NCBI GenBank assembly: GCA_046091385.1
Contig: JBJTBP010000025.1
Span: forward strand, 27,681 to 91,680
Length of the DNA: 64,000 nucleotides
Reading direction: 5' to 3'
Origin: Solirubrobacterales bacterium
GTDB lineage: Bacteria > Actinomycetota > Thermoleophilia > Solirubrobacterales > 70-9
Below are positions 56,802 through 64,000 of the stretch, piece by piece. Positions within the stretch are counted from its first letter, which is position 1, and every line of letters starts with the position of its first letter. The notes under the pieces were generated by a model that made no database searches, was not told where the DNA came from, and saw nothing but the letters and a program-made list of their open reading frames with translations. The position numbers and the translations under genes are program-made.

Positions 56802-57296
56802 ATGGGTGAAGGAATCCTCGGCGAGGCAGCCTCGGCCAAGCGGGAAGAGATCGTCGGCATGCTGACCAAGGCCTACTGGATGGAGATCGAGACCGTGATG
56901 AACTACATCGCCAACTCGGTCACTCCCGACGGTGTGCGGGCGCCGGAGGTAGGCGCCTCGCTCCAGACCGACATCCAGGAGGAACTCGGCCACGCCCAGC
57001 TCTACGCCAAGCGGATCAAGGAGCTCTACGGGGTGGTGCCCGGATCGATGGAGTTCCGTCCCGAGCAGACCTTCCTGCAGCCGGCCGAAGATCCCGGGGA
57101 CATCGTCCACGTGATCAAGGGGGTCATCGAGGCCGAGGCGGGCGCGATCTCCTACTACTCGGACTTGATCCAGGCCACCGACGGGGTGGATCCGGTGACC
57201 CAGGACATGGTGATCACGATCCTCGCCGACGAGGAGGGGCACATGCGGCTGTTCGAGGGCTACCTGAAGGAGTACGAGGCCGAGGGCCTCGCCTGA
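56802..57296 (+). CDS. ferritin-like di-iron domain protein
   Basis: The two ExxH motifs are QEELGHAQ and ADEEGHMR, in a four-helix-bundle-length protein of 164 aa. An AGGAG sequence lies upstream. Confidence 0.7.
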   Translation: MGEGILGEAASAKREEIVGMLTKAYWMEIETVMNYIANSVTPDGVRAPEVGASLQTDIQEELGHAQLYAKRIKELYGVVPGSMEFRPEQTFLQPAEDPGDIVHVIKGVIEAEAGAISYYSDLIQATDGVDPVTQDMVITILADEEGHMRLFEGYLKEYEAEGLA

Positions 57297-57313
57297 GGTT
57301 CCGGGGCCCGGCA

Positions 57314-58051
57314 TTGGAGTCGGATCCCGAAGCGACGGTCCCGGCCGATGAGGCCGAGCTGATTCGTACCCGACTGGCCGGGGTCGAGCAGAGGATCGCC
57401 GAGGCAGCCCTGGCCGCCGGGCGGGATCCTGGCGAGGTCAGACTGCTGCTCGCGACCAAGACGGTCGGCCCCGAACGGATCAGGGTGGCGATCGAGGCCG
57501 GAGCCGATCTGGTCGGTGAAAACCGGGTCCAGGAGGTGAGGCCGAAATACGAGGCCCTGGCCGACCTCGAGTACGAGCGGCACTTCATCGGCCACCTCCA
57601 GTCGAACAAGGTCAACGCGCTGGTGCCCTACGTGAGTTGCATCGAGTCGCTCGACCGACCCTCCCTCGCCGACCGCCTCCAGAAACGACTCGAGCGAGAG
57701 GGCGAGACGATGGAGGTGCTGAGCCAGGTCAATACATCGGGCGAGGAGAGCAAGTTCGGGATCGAGCCCGACGATGCAGTCGGCTTCGCCCGCGAGGTCG
57801 CCCAGAGGGATGCCCTCCGGGTCCGGGGCCTGATGACGATCGGCCTGTTCACCGAGGACCCCGAGATCGCCCGTCCGAGCCTCGCAGCCCTGCGGGAGAC
57901 GGCGGAGCGGATCCGCGAAGACGGGATCGACGGAGTCGAGATGGCGGAGCTCTCAATGGGGATGAGCGGTGCCCTCGAGGTCGCGATCGCCGAGGGGGCG
58001 ACGATCGTCAGGGTCGGTTCGGCGGTCTTCGGTGATCGCCCGACCCCCTGA
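57314..58051 (+). CDS. yggS: YggS-family pyridoxal-phosphate homeostasis protein
   Basis: Motifs are LLLATKTV (PLP Lys), GENRVQE, HFIGHLQSNKV, LSMGMS and IVRVGSAVFG. The start is TTG. Confidence 0.88.
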   Translation: MESDPEATVPADEAELIRTRLAGVEQRIAEAALAAGRDPGEVRLLLATKTVGPERIRVAIEAGADLVGENRVQEVRPKYEALADLEYERHFIGHLQSNKVNALVPYVSCIESLDRPSLADRLQKRLEREGETMEVLSQVNTSGEESKFGIEPDDAVGFAREVAQRDALRVRGLMTIGLFTEDPEIARPSLAALRETAERIREDGIDGVEMAELSMGMSGALEVAIAEGATIVRVGSAVFGDRPTP

Positions 58052-58066
58052 GGGGCCTGAAGGTAC

Positions 58067-59110
58067 CTAGCGCCGCACTTTCCTGGTCGCGTCCCTTACC
58101 TCGCCGATCAGCTCCTCGAGAACATCTTCGAGGGCGACCAGCCCGACCGTCCCGCCCTGGTCGTCGACCACCCGGGCGAGATGGGAATCGGCGGTGATCA
58201 TCTCCTCGAGCACCGATCGGAGGCGGCGACGGGAACGAACCGTCGGCAGGGGGCGGATCAGCTGTTCGTCGATCGGCCGGTCCCGTCCGGCGTCGCCACC
58301 CTCGAGTGCGTCCTTGAGGTGGAGGTAACCGATCATCTCGCCATCCCTTGTCGCCGGGAAACGGGAGAACCCGGTCCTGGCTGAGGCCCCCTCGACCTCG
58401 GCGGCCGTCGCGGTCGCCGGAAGGGTCTCGATCCGATCGATCGGCAGGAGGACCGAGCGGGCATCGCGCTCCTCGAGCTCCAGGGCTCCGGCCAGCAACT
58501 GCTCCTCCTGGAAGTCGAGCTTGCCCTCCCGGTGGGAGTGCTCGACGAAGCCGGCGACCTCGTCCCGGGTGAAGACGCTGGTCACCTCGTCCCTCGGCTG
58601 GACCCCGCAGGCCCTGAGCACGAGGTTCGCCGAGGCGTTGAGGACGATGATCACCGGGTAGAACAGGTAGGAGAAGGCCCTCAGGGTGCCCGAGAGGGCG
58701 AGGGCCGACCGGTCGGGTTCGGCGAGCGCGATGTTCTTCGGGACCATCTCGCCGATCACCACGTGGAGCGAGGCGACGAGGAGCAGTGCCAGCACCACCG
58801 AGACCGGATAAGCGACCGAGTCCGGGATCGAAACCAGCCCGAACAGATCCTCGAGAAGGGTTCCGACTGCAGGCTTGGCGAGGGCGCCCAGGCCCAGGGT
58901 GCAGAGGGTGATCCCGAGCTGGGCGGCGGCCATCATCAGGGAGACCCTCTCCATCGCCTTGAGGGTCACCCCGGCGACCCTACTGCCCGCATCCGCCTTC
59001 GGCTCGATCTCCGAACGACGGGCCGAGATCAGGGCGAACTCGGCCCCGACGAAGAAGGCGTTCAGGCCGAGCAGGCCGACCGATATCGCGAGGGCGAGGC
59101 CGACGGTCAC
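58067..59110 (-). CDS. CNNM/hemolysin-family membrane protein (DUF21 + CBS pair, no CorC_HlyC domain)
   Basis: The N-terminus LNAFFVGAEFALISARRSE is the DUF21 signature and a CBS pair follows. It ends shortly after ALEDVLEELIGEV. Confidence 0.85.
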   Translation of the reverse strand: MTVGLALAISVGLLGLNAFFVGAEFALISARRSEIEPKADAGSRVAGVTLKAMERVSLMMAAAQLGITLCTLGLGALAKPAVGTLLEDLFGLVSIPDSVAYPVSVVLALLLVASLHVVIGEMVPKNIALAEPDRSALALSGTLRAFSYLFYPVIIVLNASANLVLRACGVQPRDEVTSVFTRDEVAGFVEHSHREGKLDFQEEQLLAGALELEERDARSVLLPIDRIETLPATATAAEVEGASARTGFSRFPATRDGEMIGYLHLKDALEGGDAGRDRPIDEQLIRPLPTVRSRRRLRSVLEEMITADSHLARVVDDQGGTVGLVALEDVLEELIGEVRDATRKVRR

Positions 59111-60468
59111 GGAAGCCTCATCTCCCCGGTCTCCTCGTTCTCGCCGAGGACCTCCATCTTGACCCGATCGACCCTCAGCCCATCCATCCGGACGACCGAG
59201 AGCCGGACGCGAACGGTCCCACCATCGCCCGAGCGATCCTTCGCATCGACCCCGATGTAGTCGCCCTGGCCGGGTACCCGCTCCAGGTCGAAGGCGATCA
59301 GCCCGGCCACCGTCTCGTACTCCTCGTTCTCGGGCAACGCGATGCCGGTCCGGTCCTCGATCTCATCGGGCCGGAGCAGACCCGAGACCCTCCAGGAGCG
59401 AGGGCCCAGCTCGACCACCGGGTCCTCCTTCGGATCGTGCTCATCACGGACCTCGCCGACGATCTCCTCGACCAGGTCCTCGAGGGTGACGATCCCGTCG
59501 AAGCTGCCGAACTCGTCCACCACCACGGCGATCTGCAGGCCGACCTGGCGGAGCTCGGTCAGCAGTGGATCGAGCTCGATGCTGCTTGGCACCAGCACGG
59601 GCTGGGCCATGACCTCCCGGACCGGGACCGACCCCCTCTGCTCGAAGGGGACGGCCACGGCATGCTTCAGGTGAACCACTCCTTCGACCTGTTCCTCACC
59701 CTCCTCGATCACCGGGAATCTCGATCGGCCGCTCCGTCGGGCCGCTTCGATCACGGACTGGACCGGCTCATCGGGCTGGACCGTCTCGACCCGGACCCGA
59801 GGGGTCATCACGTCGTCGGCCCGGTGCTCCCCGAACTCGACCGAGCGCTCCATCAGTTCGGCCGTCTCCTGTTCGAGGAGTCCCTGCTCGGCCGATCGCC
59901 TGACCAGTGAGGCGAGCTCCTCCGCCGACCTCGTCGCTGCGAGCTCCTCCTGTGGCTCGATCCCGATCCGCCTGAGGATCCGGTTCGCGGAACCGTTCGC
60001 CCCCCTGATGACTGGACCGAACAGGAGGGTGAAGGATCGCTGGAAGGACTGGACCCTGCGGGCGGTACCCATCGGGTGCGCGATCGCAAGGTTCTTCGGC
60101 ACCAACTCGCCGAACACCACCGTGAAGGCGTTGGCGATGATGAATCCGACCGCCACCGCGACGCCAGTGACCGCGTCGCCCGAAGCCCCGAGCGCTCCGA
60201 GCGGCCCCTCGAGCAACCCGGCGAGCGCTGGCTCGGCCAGGAACCCGATTCCGAGGTTGGTGACAGTGATCCCGACCTGTGCGGCCGAAAGCTGGGTCGA
60301 GAGGTTCTCGAGGGCGCGCTTGAGACCGGTTGCGGTCCGGTCACCCTCCTCGGCGTCGCGTTCGACCGCGATCCGGTCGACCGTCACGAACGAGAATTCG
60401 GCAGCGACGAACAGGCCGCAGAGTAGGACCAGGACGACCCCGGCCAGGAGCAGGAGCACTTCGATCAC
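59107..60468 (-). CDS. CNNM/hemolysin-family membrane protein (DUF21 + CBS pair + CorC_HlyC)
   Basis: Motifs are LFVAAEFSFVTVDR, a CBS pair and TLEDLVEEIVGEVRDEHD, with a C-terminal transporter-associated domain (YETVAGLIAF...). It has a 4-nt overlap with the downstream paralog. Confidence 0.85.
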   Translation of the reverse strand: MIEVLLLLAGVVLVLLCGLFVAAEFSFVTVDRIAVERDAEEGDRTATGLKRALENLSTQLSAAQVGITVTNLGIGFLAEPALAGLLEGPLGALGASGDAVTGVAVAVGFIIANAFTVVFGELVPKNLAIAHPMGTARRVQSFQRSFTLLFGPVIRGANGSANRILRRIGIEPQEELAATRSAEELASLVRRSAEQGLLEQETAELMERSVEFGEHRADDVMTPRVRVETVQPDEPVQSVIEAARRSGRSRFPVIEEGEEQVEGVVHLKHAVAVPFEQRGSVPVREVMAQPVLVPSSIELDPLLTELRQVGLQIAVVVDEFGSFDGIVTLEDLVEEIVGEVRDEHDPKEDPVVELGPRSWRVSGLLRPDEIEDRTGIALPENEEYETVAGLIAFDLERVPGQGDYIGVDAKDRSGDGGTVRVRLSVVRMDGLRVDRVKMEVLGENEETGEMRLP

Positions 60469-60519
60469 GGTGTGAGCGCCTCCCCCCGCCTGGAGCTAAC
60501 GGGAAGGCGCCCCTGACTA

Positions 60520-60536
60520 GACGACGGGTCGTCGTC
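60520..60536. promoter_or_regulatory. perfect palindrome GACGACG-ggt-CGTCGTC in the divergent intergenic region
   Basis: Read directly. It lies 52 nt upstream of the CNNM gene start and 86 nt upstream of the TetR_C-like ORF. It is an operator-sized 17-bp dyad. Confidence 0.35.
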
Positions 60537-60621
60537 CATCTACGCCTTTTTCAGACTCCATCCTCCACGCAACTCTACCCACGCCCGAAGCGGGCGCCCC
60601 GATCGGTGCGAGAATCGGGCA

Positions 60622-61086
60622 ATGGACGAAGCGACGAACGACACCGATGACCGGCAGGTGCTGGCCTGGCTCGAGGAGTACCGGGACCTTTCGCTCGAAG
60701 TGATCGAGGCGAACTCCGACGACCCCGAGGGAGCGGTCCGGGGGCTGGTCGACCTCCACGTCGGGTGGACAGAGGAGGACCCCGACAGGGCCCGTGCGGT
60801 CGCCGCCGGCAGGGGCGCACTCGCTGCGGGGCCCCTGGGGCCCGAGCTGACCGAGTCGAACCGAATTCTCTTTCGAGCCCTGTCCGGATGGGTCAGGCAG
60901 GCGAGTGAAGCGGGCTCGATAAGGACGGACTCGGTCGCGCTGCTCCATGCCCTCGTCTTCGCACCGACCCAGGAGCTTGCCCGGCTCCATCTCGCCGGCC
61001 TGCTCGATCGGCCGCTCAGCGAGTACCGCGAGGACCTCGGCCGGGCGGCCTGGAGCTCGGTCGGACCGGACTCGGACCGGGAGTAG
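60622..61086 (+). CDS. small protein resembling only the C-terminal ligand/dimerisation domain of TetR-family regulators (no HTH)
   Basis: 154 aa containing ...GLVDLHVGWTEEDPDRARAV...LLHALVFAPTQELARLHLAG.... An in-frame stop lies 36 codons upstream and no HTH-like sequence appears in any upstream frame. Both the coding status and the family are tentative. Confidence 0.4.
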   Translation: MDEATNDTDDRQVLAWLEEYRDLSLEVIEANSDDPEGAVRGLVDLHVGWTEEDPDRARAVAAGRGALAAGPLGPELTESNRILFRALSGWVRQASEAGSIRTDSVALLHALVFAPTQELARLHLAGLLDRPLSEYREDLGRAAWSSVGPDSDRE

Positions 61087-61100
61087 GGCCCGGCGTCCGG

Positions 61101-62405
61101 TCAGGTGCAGCCAGCCCGGTCCAGGTTCCGGGTAGCCGTCCTGGCGGTCAGGCCGTGGACGATGATCGAAACCCCGACGCAGGCGATGATCGTCCAGTAG
61201 ATCGTGTTCGACTCGGCAAGGGTCAGGGCGCCCGAGCTGATCGCCACCGCCGCGTAGTAGAACGAGCCGACTCCCCTGATCCCGAACCAGCCGATGAACA
61301 TCCTCTGCCTCATCGGCACCGGCGATCGGACGAAGGACCCGAGGACGGCGAGCGGGCGGATCACCAGCAGCAGGGCGGGGACGAGCAGCCAGCCCCAGAG
61401 CCCGGGGATCTCCAGTCCGACGATGGTCAAAGTGCTGCCGAGGAGGAGAATCATCGCCAGTTCGGTGATGTTCTCGACCAGGTCGGCGCCGGTGTGGACA
61501 CGGTGGTGGGCCTCGTGGTCCCACTCGTACCGGCGGAAGGCGAGCCCACCGGCAAAGGCAGCGAGGAACCCGTAGGCCCCGATCACCTCGGTCACCCCAT
61601 AGATGACGAGGACTGCCGCGAGCGCCACCCATCCGTCGAACTCCTCGCTGAGCAGTCCCTTTCCCCTCAGCCAGTCGGCCCCGTAACCGATCCCGAAACC
61701 GCTGGCCGCGCCGACCGCGAGGCCGACCGGGATCGCGTAGAGCACGTCCGGGATCGCCCACTCGCCGAGCCAGTTCGAACCACCCCCCGAGGCGATCAGG
61801 ATTCCGAGAAAGACGAAGGGGAAGGCGAGGCCGTCGTTCAGTCCCGCCTCGGAGGTCAGGGCGAAGTGGCTCTCGGTCCTGTCCCCCTCCCCCGGCGGTC
61901 CCACCTGGAGCTGCCTGGCAAGTACCGGGTCGGTAGGGGCGAGGGCAGCGCCGAGGGTCAGGCCCGCACCGATCGAGAGTCCCATCAAGGTATTGGCGAA
62001 GAGCGTGATCGCCCCGATCGTGATCGGCATGACGAGCCCGATCAGGAGGATCGTCGAGCGCCACCTCCGCCAGCCGAGCCGCCGGTCGATCCGGAGCCCG
62101 GCGGCGAACAGGGCGATGATCACCGAGACCTCGGCCAGGCGCTCGATCACGTCCGGGTCCTGGATCGGGTCGAGGACCTCGACCCCCGAGAGGTGGAGGC
62201 CTACGGCAGCGGCACCCCCCAGCAGGAGGTAGACGACCGCCGGTGTGACCGTCCGCTGGCCCTGTGACGAGAGGGCCCAGATCGCCGCGAATAGGGCGAG
62301 GCCGCCGAACAGGGTCCCCAGGGCGTAGGTGTCGGCGAACGAGAATCCTGGCGACGCACCGAACCAGGTCAGGTATTCGAGCAGTTCGGAGGCCATCGCC
62401 CCCAT
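61101..62405 (-). CDS. cation:proton antiporter (Na+/H+ exchanger family)
   Basis: 434 aa with about 12 TM segments and blocks LGAALAPTDPVLA and SEAGLNDGLAFPFV, typical of the CPA1 family. Confidence 0.85.
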   Translation of the reverse strand: MGAMASELLEYLTWFGASPGFSFADTYALGTLFGGLALFAAIWALSSQGQRTVTPAVVYLLLGGAAAVGLHLSGVEVLDPIQDPDVIERLAEVSVIIALFAAGLRIDRRLGWRRWRSTILLIGLVMPITIGAITLFANTLMGLSIGAGLTLGAALAPTDPVLARQLQVGPPGEGDRTESHFALTSEAGLNDGLAFPFVFLGILIASGGGSNWLGEWAIPDVLYAIPVGLAVGAASGFGIGYGADWLRGKGLLSEEFDGWVALAAVLVIYGVTEVIGAYGFLAAFAGGLAFRRYEWDHEAHHRVHTGADLVENITELAMILLLGSTLTIVGLEIPGLWGWLLVPALLLVIRPLAVLGSFVRSPVPMRQRMFIGWFGIRGVGSFYYAAVAISSGALTLAESNTIYWTIIACVGVSIIVHGLTARTATRNLDRAGCT

Positions 62406-62409
62406 TGTT

Positions 62410-63246
62410 TCAGGCGTCTGCTGGAGGAGGTCCGTATTCGGGCCGCTTGGCGCTCCGCCCGTCGCCGGAGGAGCGACCGGTCAAGCGCCGCCCGACCCAG
62501 GGCAGGAGGTACCGAACCACCCACTCGGCCTCGTCCATTGCCCGGCTTCCGGACGACTCGTGCAACGGGGGCGGCAGCGGTTCCTCCCAGGCCGGTTCGG
62601 CGAGCTCCGGGGCGACCAGGGAGAGCATCCCCTGGGCCATCCGCCAGTGACCGTCCGGGTTGAGGTGGAGTCGATCGGGGCGCCAGATCCTCGTATCCGA
62701 AGTCGCCTTGATCGGTTCGAGGTCCAGCAGCAGGGTTCCGTTGGCCGAGGTGGTGTCGCGAATCCCCTGGTTGAACTCCCGGATCCGATCCTCGACCATC
62801 TTTCCTATCGGACCGAGGCCATCCGGATCGGGGTAGGTGATCGTCATGACGGTTGCCCCCGAGTCCACGAAGGCCCGCTCCATCTCGTCCATCATCGCCA
62901 CCGTGCGATCGATGTCGAAACCGGGCCTGATCAGGTCGTTCATGCCGGCGATAACGCTGACCAGGTCGGGCTCCATCGCCCGGGCCGGTTCGAACTGCTC
63001 CTCGAGGACCTGTTCGGTCTTCCGACCGCGGATCGCGAGGTTTGCGAAGAGGAGCCCCGGGTTTGCCCTGGCAAGCGTCGAGGCGAACCGATCGGCCCAG
63101 CCCCGGTCGGTTCCGTCGGCATTCGGCAGGTCACCCACGCCCTCGGTCTGGCTGTCCCCGATCGCGACGAAACGCTCGAAGCGCCGACCCTTGGCCCCCG
63201 TGGCCCCTTCCTCGAAGGACCCAGCCTCGCCGTCCAACTCCTCCAT
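62410..63246 (-). CDS. SGNH/GDSL hydrolase
   Basis: Block I is FVAIGDSQTEG, block III is GMNDL and block V is DRLHLNPDGH. I prefer the start at ATG 63246 (MEELDGEAG), which forms a TGATG junction with the sulfatase stop. The alternative is GTG 63270. Confidence 0.8.
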   Translation of the reverse strand: MEELDGEAGSFEEGATGAKGRRFERFVAIGDSQTEGVGDLPNADGTDRGWADRFASTLARANPGLLFANLAIRGRKTEQVLEEQFEPARAMEPDLVSVIAGMNDLIRPGFDIDRTVAMMDEMERAFVDSGATVMTITYPDPDGLGPIGKMVEDRIREFNQGIRDTTSANGTLLLDLEPIKATSDTRIWRPDRLHLNPDGHWRMAQGMLSLVAPELAEPAWEEPLPPPLHESSGSRAMDEAEWVVRYLLPWVGRRLTGRSSGDGRSAKRPEYGPPPADA

Positions 63247-64000
63247 CAGGCGGGGAGCGGGCTCCCGCACTCCGCTGCGGTGCGGTCGAGCTCCAGGGCC
63301 ATCCGCTCCCTGAGGAGCTCATCACGGGGGTCACGGACACGCCCGGTTGCGACGTCGACCAGATTGTCGACCTGGTTCGGGTCACGAACGAGGTCGTAGA
63401 GCTCGTACTCCCGGTTCGACGAATCGTCCGGATCGAAATAGACCGCGTACATTGAGTCCCTCGTCCTGACCGCCCGGATCCGGTTCGGCCTCGGGGTGAC
63501 GTCCGTGTACGCCGTGCCGCACTGGTGGTCGTCGAATGCGAAGAGGACGGCCCGGTCCTCGGGTGCTTCCTCGCCCTTCCCTTCGAGCGGACCGAAGTCG
63601 ACGCCAGAGGCCGCGAGGCCTTTCCGGTTCGGGGAAGTGGCGGCCGCCATCCAGGGAGAGAGGTCACGGCCGCGTAGTCCGTCCCCCCCGGTCTCCACGC
63701 CCGCCACCGAGGCGAGCGTCGGGACGACGTCGCAGAGCGAGACCGGGACGTCGAGCTCGACGGGATCGGGGAAGACCAGCGGGTTGGAGAAGACGAGCGG
63801 GACCCGGATCGTTTCCTCGTAGGCGTTGAACATCTTCTGCCTGAGGCCGCCATGCGACATGCCCATATCGCCGTGGTCCGAGGTCTTGACGATCAGGGTC
63901 CTCGACCGGAGGGACTGGGGATCCTCCGGGTCGCCCAGGGCATCTACAACCGAGCCGATGTGGCGGTCGGCGACCCGCTGGAGGTGGGCGTAGAAGCGGC
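63246..64000 (-). CDS. sulfatase family protein, C-terminal part (5' end beyond the right edge)
   Basis: The track ORF begins MGMSHGGLRQKMFNAYEETIRVPLV. My translation upstream continues in frame as ...RTLIVKTSDHGDMGMSHGG, the sulfatase DHG...G.HG signature. Confidence 0.8.
   Translation of the reverse strand, partial: RFYAHLQRVADRHIGSVVDALGDPEDPQSLRSRTLIVKTSDHGDMGMSHGGLRQKMFNAYEETIRVPLVFSNPLVFPDPVELDVPVSLCDVVPTLASVAGVETGGDGLRGRDLSPWMAAATSPNRKGLAASGVDFGPLEGKGEEAPEDRAVLFAFDDHQCGTAYTDVTPRPNRIRAVRTRDSMYAVYFDPDDSSNREYELYDLVRDPNQVDNLVDVATGRVRDPRDELLRERMALELDRTAAECGSPLPA

Overview
This is a very GC-rich, gene-dense core-chromosome segment with G/C strongly preferred at codon position 3. I call 63 protein genes plus one tRNA-Ala(GGC); 57 of the CDSs are on the minus strand. 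All calls rest on reading the supplied translations and the DNA by eye, with motifs recalled from memory. No HMM or BLAST search was run. The content is almost entirely housekeeping. The gene order mirrors the conserved actinobacterial backbone as I recall it from Streptomyces: tig-clpP-clpX, then valS-folC-x-ndk-mre cluster-pbp2-rodA, then rne-rplU-rpmA-obg-proB-proA-nadD-rsfS. It is joined to blocks that are also syntenic in Firmicutes: comEA-comEC-holA/rpsT, lepA, hrcA-dnaJ-prmA and phoH-ybeY-era. There is also a hisIE-trpE-trpG-trpD-trpC-(protease)-trpF-trpB operon. I found no transposase, integrase, CRISPR array, prophage, toxin-antitoxin pair or recognisable defence gene. I therefore cannot point to a clear-cut novel system, and most of the window is ordinary. 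The things that deviate from expectation are listed here in rough order of interest. (1) Two tandem, diverged YciC/UPF0259-like membrane-protein paralogs and a divergent GNAT gene sit between clpP and clpX. Each paralog is preceded by the same bipartite motif, GTGTGAATCG-N19-TAGCGAAAAA(A)C. (2) An mreC-mreD-pbp2-rodA cluster has maf instead of mreB in the slot next to ndk. (3) An HtrA-like protease gene is embedded in the trp operon. (4) Ribosomal protein L21 carries a ~70-aa Lys/Ala/Pro repeat tail. (5) An RNase E/G family protein has a TRAM-like C-terminal domain. (6) A C12 homopolymer lies in a hairpin loop between tRNA-Ala and aguA. (7) A 670-aa polytopic membrane protein of unknown function lies next to murJ. 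Many ORF-track entries are high-GC shadow ORFs or carry spurious N-terminal extensions; where I trimmed a start, the evidence field says so.
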